Shown: positions 10,044 through 20,650 of the stretch, in pieces | How positions within the stretch are numbered: position 1 is the stretch's first letter | Layout of the letters: each line of letters starts with the position of its first letter | DNA from: a bacterium | Lineage (GTDB): Bacteria > UBA8248 | Direction: 5' to 3' | Length of the DNA: 64,000 nt | Assembly (NCBI GenBank): GCA_965204535.1 | Contig: OZ241996.1 | Span: 96,001 to 160,000, forward strand | The notes under the pieces: generated by a model | Told to the model about the DNA's origin: nothing | Database searches by the model: none | The model's input: the letters and a program-made list of their open reading frames with translations, nothing else | Program-made: the position numbers and the translations under genes

Positions 10044-12866
10044 ATGAATTTAGACTACGCACGGGACGTATTCCCTTTCGTCCAGAAACCTTCGCGTTAT
10101 CTGGGGAACGAGGTCAATTCGATCCACAAAGACCTCACCGGGGTGAAGAATCGCGTCGCCCTTGCATTCCCGGATACCTATGAAGTCGGCATGTCGCATA
10201 ACGGCATCCGCATACTCTATCACCTCCTGAACGAAGACGAAGACGTAGCCGCCGAGCGGGTTTTTCTCCCCTGGGATGATTTTGAAACCATCCTGAGAAG
10301 CAAGAACGCGCTCCTGACCACGCTGGAGAGCAGAACGCCCGTCCGGGAATTCCATATTCTGGGGGTATCGCTTCTCTACGAACTGGCCGCCAGCAACATC
10401 GTCTTGCTGCTCGATCTGGCCGGCATCCCCAGGCGATCCGCCCAAAGGCGCAGAGATGACCCGCTCGTCATCGCGGGCGGCCCCGTGACGTTCAACGTGG
10501 AGCCGATGGCGCCTTTCTTCGACGCCGTCGCCTTAGGGGACGGAGAGGAACTTTTCCCCGACGTCATCAAGGCCCACGAAAGGTGGCGGGAGACGAACGC
10601 GCCGAGAGAAGCGCTTCTGGAGATGCTGGAGGAGATTGACGGGATTTACGTCCCGAGCCGCTACGTTGTCGAACACGAGCCCGACGGCGAGGTGAAGCGC
10701 TTCCATCACGTCAGCGGACACCAGGAACCCGTATTGGCGCGCGTTCTGGAGGATTTGAACGATTCGCCCCACCCCACGCAGCCGGTCATCCCCTACACCC
10801 AGGTGGTGCACGACCGGGTGACGCTCGAGGTGCAGCGCGGTTGCACGAGGGGATGCCGGTTTTGTCACGCAGGCATGGTCTACCGCCCCGTTCGGGACCG
10901 GGAGCCGCACAAAGTCCTCGAACTCGCCGAGGAATCCCTCAGGAACACGGGTTATGAGGAAATCAGCCTCTCATCGCTTTGCATCGCCGATTATCAGCCC
11001 CTGAAAGGCCTGGTGCCCCGCATGATGGAGCGCCTCGCTCCCATGCAGACCTCCATCTCCCTGCCTTCGCTGCGCGTCGGTGCGATGAGCCCGGATCTCC
11101 TGGCCCAGATTGCGCGCGTGCGCCGCACGGGCTTCACCTTGGTTCCGGAAGCGGGCAGCGAGCGTCTGCGCAACGTCATCAACAAGGTGCTGACCGAGGC
11201 GGACCTCAAGCGAAACCTGCAGGACATCCTCGATACCGGCTGGCCGGGCGTGAAATTCTACTTCATGCTCGGCCTTCCCACCGAGAATTTCGACGATTTG
11301 CAGGAGATGGCGGACATGCTCGCCTCCTGCATGAAGATGCGCTCGCGAAAAACGGGCGAACCGTTCCGCTTCATCAACGTCAGCCTTTCCACTTTCGTGC
11401 CGAAGCCCCATACGCCGTTCCAGTGGTTTCCCCAGAACACCAAAGAGGAAATCAAGGCGAAACTCGATTTCATCAAGCGCGCCGTGCCCGACCGGAGAAT
11501 CAAGCTGCACTGGTCGAACCCCGAGCACAGTTTTCTGGAAGCGGTCATCTCGAAAGGCGACCGACGCCAGGCGGACGTCATCGAGACGGCGGTCGACTCA
11601 GGCTGCAAATTCGACGGCTGGATGGAGTTTTTCGATTACGAGAAGTGGACGGCCGCCTTTGAAGCCCATGGACTCGACCCGGAATGGTACGCTTACCGCG
11701 AAATACCCGAAGACGCCCCGCTGCCCTGGGACCACCTCGACTGCGGTGTGACCAAGGAGTACCAACTCGCCGACTGGAAGCGCTCCCTGCGTGAGGTCAC
11801 CATCGGCGATTGCCGCTACGAGGCGTGCGGCCAATGCGGCATTCTGGACAAATACAAGGGCATCAAATACCACTACGAAAAACCCATGCCGCTTGAAAGC
11901 TCCCCTCTTCCGGTCATCAACATGCCCGTTCAGGCGGGCGGCATGGTTCAGGCGGCGGACTTGCCGCCCGGACAGGACATTGCTCCCGCCGAGCCGGTGG
12001 AACTCGCCATCGCCAAGGCGCGGCCCGAGGCGCAGCGTCCCAGGCAGAGGAGGCGCAAGAGCGTCGCCCGGGAGTCCGGTCCCGTACCGGTGGGTTTCGA
12101 GGGCGCACACGACGACAATCCCGGCCTCGCCGAAGAACAACCCGACGCGCCCGTACGCAAGTTCAGATTCATCTACGAAAAATCCGGAGACCTGCGCTTT
12201 TTGAGCCACCTGGAGATTTTGAGAACCTTCATCCGCGCCATTCAGCGCGCGGGCTATCGCCTGGAACATTCCAGAGCCTTCAATCCGCACCCGAAAATCG
12301 TCTTCTCCCATGCGCTTCCCGTGGGCGTGGAAAGCCGCGCGGAAGTGGTGGATTTCTCGCTCCTGGAGGGGAGTGGACAAATCCGGTTGCGGGATTTATT
12401 CAAAAACCTGAAACGAGAACTCCCGCGCGGCCTCAAACCGCGTTCGGGATGGCGTATCGAGGGGAAAACGCTTTCGTCCGCCAATGCGCTCAGCGCGGCG
12501 ACCTATGAAATCTCCTTGTCTCGTGAAGACCTGGACCCGCCCCAAGCGCCGGATTCACAGATAAAAACCATCATCGAAGCGTTCATGGATGAGGAAAGCA
12601 TTGAAATAACGCGCGAGCACAAGGGAAAGATAAAACAATTCGACGCGCGGCCGTCCATCATGCGATTTTCGCTCGAATCATCGACGGACGCCGCCGTCCG
12701 CCTGCACCTCACGCTTCGCTACGGAGACGGCGTGAAACCGAAGGTGACGGAAATCCTCGCCAGATGCTTCGGTTTGTCTCCCGAGGCGTGCCTGAGGGCG
12801 CGGATTCAGAAAATCTCCGTCCAATGGAGAGCGGGAGCATCCCGCGCGATAGAACATGCCGTCTGA
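10044..12866 (+). CDS. TIGR03960-type B12-binding radical SAM protein fused to TIGR03936/DUF2344 domain
   Basis: AFPDTYEVGMS, CTRGCRFC (CxxxCxxC), second Cys cluster CRYEACGQC, C-terminal KSGDLRFLSHLE..FNPHPKI..ALPVGVES; alternative start 10014. Confidence 0.88.
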   Translation: MNLDYARDVFPFVQKPSRYLGNEVNSIHKDLTGVKNRVALAFPDTYEVGMSHNGIRILYHLLNEDEDVAAERVFLPWDDFETILRSKNALLTTLESRTPVREFHILGVSLLYELAASNIVLLLDLAGIPRRSAQRRRDDPLVIAGGPVTFNVEPMAPFFDAVALGDGEELFPDVIKAHERWRETNAPREALLEMLEEIDGIYVPSRYVVEHEPDGEVKRFHHVSGHQEPVLARVLEDLNDSPHPTQPVIPYTQVVHDRVTLEVQRGCTRGCRFCHAGMVYRPVRDREPHKVLELAEESLRNTGYEEISLSSLCIADYQPLKGLVPRMMERLAPMQTSISLPSLRVGAMSPDLLAQIARVRRTGFTLVPEAGSERLRNVINKVLTEADLKRNLQDILDTGWPGVKFYFMLGLPTENFDDLQEMADMLASCMKMRSRKTGEPFRFINVSLSTFVPKPHTPFQWFPQNTKEEIKAKLDFIKRAVPDRRIKLHWSNPEHSFLEAVISKGDRRQADVIETAVDSGCKFDGWMEFFDYEKWTAAFEAHGLDPEWYAYREIPEDAPLPWDHLDCGVTKEYQLADWKRSLREVTIGDCRYEACGQCGILDKYKGIKYHYEKPMPLESSPLPVINMPVQAGGMVQAADLPPGQDIAPAEPVELAIAKARPEAQRPRQRRRKSVARESGPVPVGFEGAHDDNPGLAEEQPDAPVRKFRFIYEKSGDLRFLSHLEILRTFIRAIQRAGYRLEHSRAFNPHPKIVFSHALPVGVESRAEVVDFSLLEGSGQIRLRDLFKNLKRELPRGLKPRSGWRIEGKTLSSANALSAATYEISLSREDLDPPQAPDSQIKTIIEAFMDEESIEITREHKGKIKQFDARPSIMRFSLESSTDAAVRLHLTLRYGDGVKPKVTEILARCFGLSPEACLRARIQKISVQWRAGASRAIEHAV

Positions 12867-14463
12867 AATCGTCGTCAACGCCGAGCCGTTCGAGACGCGC
12901 ATCGCCCTGCTCGAAAACGGGGTGGCGGCCGAGCTTTATATCGAACGCGAAAGCGGCAAGAGCATCGTCGGCAACATCTACAAGGGAAAGGTGACGAAGG
13001 TGCTGCCGGGCATGCAGGCGGCGTTCGTGGACATCGGGCTCGAAAAGGCGGGCTTTCTTTACGTGAGCGACGTCGACACCATCGAGTCCATCGAGAATTA
13101 CCGGAAACTCGCGGCCGAACAATCGGAAGACGACGATGACCTCGATTTTGAAAGCAACGATTTCAGCAACGGGGACGCGCACGAAGGCGACAAGGACGAG
13201 CAGCAAAACGGCTCGCACCGAAACCTCATCGGCAGGCGCCCGCGCCGGTGGGAGGAAGAGCGCCACATCGAGGACCTGCTCAAAGACGGCCAGGACGTCA
13301 TCGTCCAGGTCAGCAAGGAGCCCCTGGGCACCAAAGGCTCCCGCCTGACGAGCTACATCACCCTGCCCGGCCGGTACGTGGTCTATATGCCCACGATCAA
13401 GCAAATCGGCATCAGCAGGCGAATCGAGAACGAAGAAGAGCGCAAAAGGCTCAAGAAGCTGGTGCGTAGAAACCGCCAGCCGGGAGCCGGGTATATCGTC
13501 CGCACGGCGAGTGAAACCATGCCCGCCCAGGATATCGAAGCCAACGTGAATTTCCTGCACGCGCTCTGGGAAGATGTTCTGCTCAAGAACGAATCGGCTT
13601 CTTCGCCGTCCCGGATTCATTCGAACCTGAACATCATCGAGCGGACCGTCAGGGATTTGTTCAATTCTTCCGTCGACAGGATGATCATCGACGACAAGGA
13701 ACAATACCTGAAAACCAGGGAGTTCATACAAAGCTACTACCCGCATCTGGTTCCCAAGCTCCAGCATTACGACGGCGATGAGCCGATATTCGATTATTTC
13801 GGCGTGGAACTCGAACTCGAACGCGCGCTCGGCCAACGCGTGTGGCTGCGCAACGGCGGATACATCGTGATCGATCAGACCGAGGCGCTTACGACGATCG
13901 ACGTCAACACCGGACGATACGTGGGCAAGAAGAGCCCGGAGGAGACGATCCTCGAAACGAACCTCGAAGCGGTGCGGGAAATCGTATCCCAGTTGCGCCT
14001 GCGGAACCTGGGCGGAATCATCATCGTCGATTTCATCGACATGGAAAAAGAAGAGAACAAGGAAAAGGTGTTCAACACCTTCAAGGAGGAGCTCAGAAAA
14101 GACCGCTCGCGCACCAACATCCTGAAGATAAGCGAACTGGGGCTCGTCGAGATGACCCGGAAGCGCGTTCGAGACAGCATCCAGAGAACACTCTGCACCC
14201 CATGCCCCTATTGCGAAGGGCGCGGACAGGTGAAATCCGCGACCTCGGTGAGCTATGAAGCCATGCGGGAGGTGCGCCGGATGAGAAGGGCGCACAAGGA
14301 CGCCGCAAAATTCCTCATCAACGTCCACCCCACGGTCGTGGACATCCTCCTCGATGAAGAAAGAAGAAATGTAGAAGAGCTCGAAAGCCTTCTCAACATA
14401 CAACTCGTCATCAAAGGCGATGCCGAACTGCATCGCGAAGGCTTCGAAGTCGTTCGGCTGTAA
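12856..14463 (+). CDS. rng: Ribonuclease G (Rne/Rng family)
   Basis: GNIYKGKV..VLPGMQAAFVDIG, TIDVNTG, GGIIIVDFIDM, CPYCEGRG; no long RNase E C-terminal scaffold. Confidence 0.93.
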   Translation: MPSEIVVNAEPFETRIALLENGVAAELYIERESGKSIVGNIYKGKVTKVLPGMQAAFVDIGLEKAGFLYVSDVDTIESIENYRKLAAEQSEDDDDLDFESNDFSNGDAHEGDKDEQQNGSHRNLIGRRPRRWEEERHIEDLLKDGQDVIVQVSKEPLGTKGSRLTSYITLPGRYVVYMPTIKQIGISRRIENEEERKRLKKLVRRNRQPGAGYIVRTASETMPAQDIEANVNFLHALWEDVLLKNESASSPSRIHSNLNIIERTVRDLFNSSVDRMIIDDKEQYLKTREFIQSYYPHLVPKLQHYDGDEPIFDYFGVELELERALGQRVWLRNGGYIVIDQTEALTTIDVNTGRYVGKKSPEETILETNLEAVREIVSQLRLRNLGGIIIVDFIDMEKEENKEKVFNTFKEELRKDRSRTNILKISELGLVEMTRKRVRDSIQRTLCTPCPYCEGRGQVKSATSVSYEAMREVRRMRRAHKDAAKFLINVHPTVVDILLDEERRNVEELESLLNIQLVIKGDAELHREGFEVVRL

Positions 14464-14513
14464 GGAGACGCACTGCGTTTCTCGGTCATTTTGCCGCCCT
14501 GAGGATAGATGAC

Positions 14514-15305
14514 ATGCGGCGGAGTGTATGCGCATTGGCACTCCCTGTGTTCCTGGCAGGGTGCGCCAATTTCCCCCTGTTCAGTCCAGAGCCCGCTCCC
14601 CCGGAGCCGGCCCGGAGCGCTTCCGCCACCAATTCACCCCAAAACGAATTATCCTCCGCCAGGGAGCGGAACTCGCGCCTTGAGGCCCGATTGGCCGAGT
14701 CCACCCGGAAAATCGAGGCGCTTGCCAGGGAAATCCGCAAGCTGGAAAAGAAAAACCACACACTCGAAGCCACCGCGGAAAGGCTGAGGCGGGAGAACAT
14801 CATCGCCAAAAGTTTCCCGGCTCCCCCACCCACGCGAACGCGGATGAAACCACCAAAATCCTCACCCGGAATGCGAGACGCGGCGCCGAAAAAGCCCGGA
14901 CGAGCTTCCATCACCCCCCAGGCGCTCTACAATAAATCCTATCGCGCCGTCCGGGACGGGAAAAACGAGGCGGCCATTCGCGGATTCCGGCGTTTCCTGC
15001 GCCTGTTCCCCGAAAATCAGTTGGCGCCCCATTCCCAGTTTTGGCTCGGAGAGGCCTACTACGCGCTCAGGCGATACCCCGAGGCGCTGGATGCATTTCT
15101 CAATCTCATTACCAGATATCCCAAAAGCCGCAAGGTTCCGGATGCCTATTACAAACGGGGGCTTACCTATCTCCGGCGGAACTTCCCCCTCGATGCAGCG
15201 CTTGAATTTGAAAAACTGGTGGAAAGTTTCCCCGCACACCCGATATCGAAAAAAGCGAGGGTCCAACTCCAAAATCTCAAGCATTCCACCCGAAAAAAAC
15301 CCTGA
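14514..15305 (+). CDS. cpoB: CpoB/YbgF-like coiled-coil plus TPR lipoprotein
   Basis: Lipobox FLAGC, coiled coil, TPRs with FWLGEAYY and YPKSRKVPDAYYKRG. Confidence 0.8.
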   Translation: MRRSVCALALPVFLAGCANFPLFSPEPAPPEPARSASATNSPQNELSSARERNSRLEARLAESTRKIEALAREIRKLEKKNHTLEATAERLRRENIIAKSFPAPPPTRTRMKPPKSSPGMRDAAPKKPGRASITPQALYNKSYRAVRDGKNEAAIRGFRRFLRLFPENQLAPHSQFWLGEAYYALRRYPEALDAFLNLITRYPKSRKVPDAYYKRGLTYLRRNFPLDAALEFEKLVESFPAHPISKKARVQLQNLKHSTRKKP

Positions 15306-15414
15306 GATGGATAAATCGACCCTTCTCCTCCCGCCTCGGCCTTTTCCCGCGTCTTGACACGAGATACGGACTCCATGTTATGGGTTCAGGTATGATGAAC
15401 GCCGGAGATCGGAA

Positions 15415-16599
15415 ATGAGAACCTCAAACCCCGCGGCGCGCTTCGAGAATCACGACTCACCGAGCGAAGCCGACGTCTGGCTCGTCTTGCAAACCCTCCC
15501 GGGCATGACGCCCGAGCGCCTGAGCCGGTTGACCGAAGCGTTTGAGCGTCCTGCGGAAGCTTTCGGGGCGCCCCCCGACGTATTCGCGCGCCTTTGCGGC
15601 CGAAAGGCGCGTGAAGTTCTCGACAAGGATTCACCGGTCGATTTGGCCGCCAACATCCGCCAGGAAGCTTCGAAACTGGGCGCAGGAATCATCACGCGCG
15701 ATTCCGCCCGGTATCCTGAACACTTGCGCGAGATTTACGCCCCACCGGGCGCATTCTTTATCGAGGGTGAAATCCTTGCCGCAGATCGCCTCGCCGTCGC
15801 CATCGTCGGCATGCGGCGCCCGACGGACTACGGGAGGCGGGTGGCGAGGGAACTTGCGGCCGAACTCGCCAGAAAAGGAATTACCATCGTAAGCGGTCTG
15901 GCCTACGGGGTCGACGCCGAAGCGCACAAGGCCACGCTCGATGCGGGAGGCAGAACCATCGCCGTCCTCGGGTGCGGCCTGACCCAGAACTACCCCGCCG
16001 AGCACAAGGAACTCAGAGAAGAGGTCGCCGCCCACGGCGCCGTCGTATCGGAATTTCACCTCCGCGCGCATCCCAGGAAAGAGAATTTTCCCCGGAGAAA
16101 CCGCCTGATCAGCGGCTTGTCCCTTGCGACGGTCGTCGTCGAAGCCGCGCAGCGAAGCGGCGCGCTCCTGACCGCCCGGCTGGCGCTCGAGCAAGGACGC
16201 GAGGTGATGGCCGTGCCCGGGCCCGTCCATACCCGGAAGAGCACCGGCTGCCATCATCTGCTCAAGCAGGGAGCGCACCTGGTGGAAAATGCCGAAGACA
16301 TCATCAACGCGCTTCCAGAGTACGCCCGAAATATGCTAGACAGTCCAGCGCAGATTCGAGTCAAGGGAATGGGACCTGAAGAACCCGAAGTCCAGGAAGT
16401 TCCGAAGGCCGCGCCGCACCCGAATCTCACGGATGATGAAAATGCGCTTTTGCGCTTGCTGGAGAATGGAGACAGCACCATAGAGGGCCTGACCCGGAAG
16501 CGGGGCCTGCCGGCGCAGGAAGTTTCATCCGCCTTGTTGCGCCTGGAGCTGGAAGGCCTCGTGAGACAAACGACCTCGGGAATGTACGAACGGGTCTGA
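15415..16599 (+). CDS. dprA: DNA-processing protein DprA
   Basis: IVSGLAYGVD, FPRRNRLISGLS, SGALLTA, GREVMAVPG, C-terminal LELEG winged helix. Confidence 0.96.
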   Translation: MRTSNPAARFENHDSPSEADVWLVLQTLPGMTPERLSRLTEAFERPAEAFGAPPDVFARLCGRKAREVLDKDSPVDLAANIRQEASKLGAGIITRDSARYPEHLREIYAPPGAFFIEGEILAADRLAVAIVGMRRPTDYGRRVARELAAELARKGITIVSGLAYGVDAEAHKATLDAGGRTIAVLGCGLTQNYPAEHKELREEVAAHGAVVSEFHLRAHPRKENFPRRNRLISGLSLATVVVEAAQRSGALLTARLALEQGREVMAVPGPVHTRKSTGCHHLLKQGAHLVENAEDIINALPEYARNMLDSPAQIRVKGMGPEEPEVQEVPKAAPHPNLTDDENALLRLLENGDSTIEGLTRKRGLPAQEVSSALLRLELEGLVRQTTSGMYERV

Positions 16600-16757
16600 T
16601 GAACAAACGGTCGACTCGCCCGTCGTCGGAAATTTCAGATTTGACGAATCGGCCAGCGAAGCGCAAGCGACCGCAATTCGAGGAACAATTGCCGCCCATC
16701 AGGTTATTTCATCCGCAGACGGCGCCCCGATTGACAATCCGTGGGCATGAGAAATAA

Positions 16758-19319
16758 ATGACCGACAAAAAAACATCGAACAAGGCGGCTTCGAAGCGCT
16801 CTCCGGGCAGGAGGTATACCCGGAAAAACGCTTCGCGAACCACGCAAGGCGGAAAATCCGCGTCCAAGCTCCTGATCGTGGAATCACCGACGAAAGTGCG
16901 CACCATCCAGAAATTCCTGGGCGCGGATTTCGACATCCTCGCATCGCGGGGCCACGTGCGGGATTTGATGAAAACCGGCGAGCGCAAAATGGGAATAGAC
17001 GTTCGCAACGATTTCAAGGCCGATTACGGCGTCATTCAGGGAAAAGCAAAGACCATCGACCAGTTGCGCAAGGCGGCTACGGCGGCGAAGGAGATCTATC
17101 TGGCCCCCGACCCGGACCGCGAGGGTGAGGCGATTGCCTGGCACATCCAGGAACTCCTTGGGGCTTCCGGGGCCGAAAGCGAATTCTACCGGGTGACTTT
17201 CAACGAGATCACGAAACGGGCGGTGCAGGAGGCGCTCGCGAAACCCGGTCGAATCGATCAGAAAAAAGTGGACGCGCAGGAAACCCGCAGAAAGCTGGAC
17301 AGAATCGTGGGCTTCAAGCTTTCCGGTGAAATACTCTGGAACAAGGTCGCTTTCGGTCTCAGCGCGGGCCGGGTGCAGTCGGTCGCGCTGAAACTGATAT
17401 GCGAACGCGAAGACGCCATCGAGGCCTTCGAGCCGAAGGAATACTGGAGCATCACGACGCATCTGGAAAAAGCGGGTCTTGAGCCCCCGTTTGAGGCCAA
17501 ACTGCACCGAATCGACGGGAAAGAGGCGGAAATCCCGAACGAAGCCAGGGCGATGGAACTGGCGGAAAAGATAGCCGCCGGCGCTTTGCGGGTTTCCCGG
17601 GTCGAGAAAAAAGAGCGTCGGCGCAGACCGCCCGCTCCTTTCATCACCAGCACCCTCCAGCAGGAAAGTTCCGGCAAACTGCGCTACGGCGCAAAAAAGA
17701 CCATGAGCATCGCGCAGTCGTTGTATGAAGGGGTGAACCTGGGACGCGAAACGGGCAACGTCGGCCTCATCACCTACATGAGGACGGATTCCGTGCGCCT
17801 GGCGCCCGAGTCCGTCGCCGCGGCGCGCGCTTATATCGAGACGAAATACGGGAAAGACCACCTTCCCCGCAAGCCCAACGTCTTCAAGACGAGAGAGACG
17901 GCCCAGGACGCGCACGAGGCGATTCGGCCCACCGACGTCGGGCTCACGCCCGATAAGGTGCGAGCTTTCCTGAAACCTGAACAATTCTCCCTCTACAGCC
18001 TCATCTGGAGGCGCTTCCTCGCAAGCCAGATGGCGCCGGCCGTCTACGACCAGACCAGCGTGGATATCACCCAAGACCGCCAGGAAGCGGGTGGCGCGAA
18101 CGAAGAAGAACTTCTCCTGCGGGCAAGCGGTTCCGTATTGAAATTCAATGGTTTCCTGAAGGTATATGAAACCAGTTTCGAGCCTGGAGACAGCGAGAAC
18201 ATCCCGAAAGCCGGGCCATCCAATTCCGAGCAGGACAGATTGCTGCCCCCACTGGAAGACGGCGACCCGCTATCGCTCGTAAAATCCGAATCCGCTCCCA
18301 CAGGCGTCAAGCCCGAGCAGCACTTCACCCAGCCTCCGCCACGCTATACGGAGGCCTCTTTGGTGAAGGAGCTCGAGGAAGACGGCGTGGGCCGACCGAG
18401 CACCTACGCGAGCATCCTGGACACGCTGGAAAAACGCAAATACGTCACCATCGAAAGAAGGCGCAGACAATTCACGCCCTCCTCCCTTGGCAGGGAGGTG
18501 AATCGACTCCTCATCCAGGGCTTTCCCGACCAGATCGACGTGGGCTTCACCGCGAAGATGGAAAAATACCTCGATGACATCGAGAACGGGACGACGCCGT
18601 GGCTGCCCGTGATGAGAGATTTTTACGAGAGTTTCGACAGGAAAATTCAGATAGCCAAAAAAGAGTTGACGGATCTCAAGAAGATAGCAGAACCCATCGG
18701 CCGGAACTGCCCGGAATGCGAGCGCGAGTTGGTGAAGAAATTCAGCAGAAACGGCTGGTACATCTCGTGTTCGGGATACCCGGACTGTCGTTATTCGGAA
18801 AACATTCCCGCCGAGAGCGATACCGAGCCGGAAGCGGCGGAAGAGTTGGCCCGCATCGAGGAGATCGCCCCGCCCTGCGAGGAGTGCGGCGCGCCCATGC
18901 AGGCGAAACGGGGGCGTTTTGGTATATATCTGGCCTGCACGGCATTCCCGGATGCGCACAAGAAAAGGAGAGTGCTCGCCAATGGACAAGTCGCCGCCAC
19001 GCCGAGGCCGACCGGGGTGAGTTGCCCCAGAGAGGGTTGCGACGGTGAACTGGTGGAACGGCGCGCCCGTCGCACCGGAAAACCATTTTACGGGTGTAAT
19101 CGCTTCCCGGCGTGCAAGACGGTCGCGTGGGATTGGCCCGTCGCGCAGCCTTGTCCTTCCTGCGGGAATCCCATCCTCACCATCAAGACCACCAAGAAAA
19201 ACGGGAGTCAGCTCGTTTGCCCCCAAAAAGAGTGCGGATATGCGGTAGAATGCCCTCCGGAACTTATCGAACAGATGGAAGCCTCGAAAACCATTCCCGC
19301 CCAGGAGGCTTCGGCTTGA
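16758..19319 (+). CDS. topA: DNA topoisomerase I
   Basis: IVESPTK, DPDREGE, SAGRVQS, ITYMRTDS, C-terminal zinc ribbons. Confidence 0.97.
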   Translation: MTDKKTSNKAASKRSPGRRYTRKNASRTTQGGKSASKLLIVESPTKVRTIQKFLGADFDILASRGHVRDLMKTGERKMGIDVRNDFKADYGVIQGKAKTIDQLRKAATAAKEIYLAPDPDREGEAIAWHIQELLGASGAESEFYRVTFNEITKRAVQEALAKPGRIDQKKVDAQETRRKLDRIVGFKLSGEILWNKVAFGLSAGRVQSVALKLICEREDAIEAFEPKEYWSITTHLEKAGLEPPFEAKLHRIDGKEAEIPNEARAMELAEKIAAGALRVSRVEKKERRRRPPAPFITSTLQQESSGKLRYGAKKTMSIAQSLYEGVNLGRETGNVGLITYMRTDSVRLAPESVAAARAYIETKYGKDHLPRKPNVFKTRETAQDAHEAIRPTDVGLTPDKVRAFLKPEQFSLYSLIWRRFLASQMAPAVYDQTSVDITQDRQEAGGANEEELLLRASGSVLKFNGFLKVYETSFEPGDSENIPKAGPSNSEQDRLLPPLEDGDPLSLVKSESAPTGVKPEQHFTQPPPRYTEASLVKELEEDGVGRPSTYASILDTLEKRKYVTIERRRRQFTPSSLGREVNRLLIQGFPDQIDVGFTAKMEKYLDDIENGTTPWLPVMRDFYESFDRKIQIAKKELTDLKKIAEPIGRNCPECERELVKKFSRNGWYISCSGYPDCRYSENIPAESDTEPEAAEELARIEEIAPPCEECGAPMQAKRGRFGIYLACTAFPDAHKKRRVLANGQVAATPRPTGVSCPREGCDGELVERRARRTGKPFYGCNRFPACKTVAWDWPVAQPCPSCGNPILTIKTTKKNGSQLVCPQKECGYAVECPPELIEQMEASKTIPAQEASA

Positions 19320-20650
19320 GCGATAGACTGCGGATCATCGGCGGCGGCCTTGCGGGCTGTGAAGCCGCCTGGCAGGCAGCCAGACGGGGCGTCGAGGTCG
19401 ACCTCTACGAGATGCGTCCCCACAAGAAAACCCCTGCGCATGAAACCAGCGGGCTGGCCGAACTCGTGTGCTCGAACTCTTTCCGCTCGAATTCCACCGA
19501 AAACGCCTCGGGCCTACTCAAAGAAGAAATGCGAAAGCTCGATTCGCTCATCCTGCGGGGCGCGGATTCCTGCCGGGTTCCCGCAGGACTCGCGTTGGCC
19601 GTCGACAGGGCGTCTTTCAGCGAAGCGGTCACCGAAGCAATCGCAAACGACCCGCATATCACCGTCCACAGAGAAGAAATCCGGGATTTGGAGGATAAAA
19701 CCCTCACCATCGTCGCCACCGGTCCGCTCACGAGCGATTCCCTCTCCGCGGAAATCGCCCGCCTGACGCAAGGCAAATACCTGTATTTCTACGACGCCAT
19801 CTCACCCATCCTGCACGCGGACAGCATCGACATGTCGGTGGCGTTCATGGGTTCGCGCTACGGAAAGGGCAACGAAGAAGGCGGCGAGGGCGACTATCTC
19901 AATCTGGGCCTCAACGAAACGCAGTATTACCAATTCGTCGGGGATTTGCTCGAAGGCGAGAAAATCCCCCTCAGGGAATTCGAGCGCGCCATCTATTTCG
20001 AGGGCTGCCTGCCTCTCGAAGAAATGGCCGCGCGCGGAAAAGACACCCTGGCGTTCGGGCCGATGAAGCCCGTGGGTCTGGAGCATCCCGAAACGGGGGA
20101 GACCTACTGCGCGGTCGCTCAACTCAGGCGCGAGGATTTGACGGGAGATTACTTCTCCATGGTGGGCTTTCAGACCCGGCTGCGCTATCCCGAGCAAAAG
20201 CGCATCTTCTCGACGCTCCCCGCTCTCGGGAACGCGCGCTTTTTGCGCTATGGAAGCCTCCACAGGAACACCTACATCAATGCGCCCCGTCTGATGCGGA
20301 TAACCCTGCAACTCAAGCGTCACCCGCATATTTTCATGGCGGGCCAGCTCACCGGCGTCGAAGGATACCTCGAATCGGCGGCCATCGGCCTGATCGCCGG
20401 AATCAACGCGGCCGCCCTCATCCATGGAGAACCCGTTGTTCCTCCGCCCGCAACGACTGCGCTCGGCGCCCTGAACCGCTACATCATCGAAGCGAATCCG
20501 AGAAATTTCCAGCCCATGAACATCAACTACGGCCTCTTCCCGCCCCTGGAAAAGCGCGTTCCCAAGAAATTCAGGAAAAAACACATCACCAGTCGCGCCA
20601 TCGAGGATCTGAAGCAATGGAGAAGCAAGCTCGCCTCACAAACAGTCTGA
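19316..20650 (+). CDS. trmFO: tRNA (uracil-5-)-methyltransferase TrmFO
   Basis: IIGGGLAGCEAAWQ, AELVCSNS, YFYDAISP, FGPMKPVGL; TTG start overlapping the topA stop, behind AGGAGG. Confidence 0.95.
   Translation: MSDRLRIIGGGLAGCEAAWQAARRGVEVDLYEMRPHKKTPAHETSGLAELVCSNSFRSNSTENASGLLKEEMRKLDSLILRGADSCRVPAGLALAVDRASFSEAVTEAIANDPHITVHREEIRDLEDKTLTIVATGPLTSDSLSAEIARLTQGKYLYFYDAISPILHADSIDMSVAFMGSRYGKGNEEGGEGDYLNLGLNETQYYQFVGDLLEGEKIPLREFERAIYFEGCLPLEEMAARGKDTLAFGPMKPVGLEHPETGETYCAVAQLRREDLTGDYFSMVGFQTRLRYPEQKRIFSTLPALGNARFLRYGSLHRNTYINAPRLMRITLQLKRHPHIFMAGQLTGVEGYLESAAIGLIAGINAAALIHGEPVVPPPATTALGALNRYIIEANPRNFQPMNINYGLFPPLEKRVPKKFRKKHITSRAIEDLKQWRSKLASQTV

Noticed and set aside
12709-14541. 610-aa antisense ORF, and similar long ORFs at 37707-39446, 54675-56300, 16884-18074 and 33499-34734
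   Set aside because: Shadow frames opposite well-supported genes, expected with high-GC codon bias; no recognisable motifs
16731-16760. TTGACA upstream of topA as a promoter
   Set aside because: The implied -10 overlaps the predicted start codon, so the geometry is not supportable without TSS data
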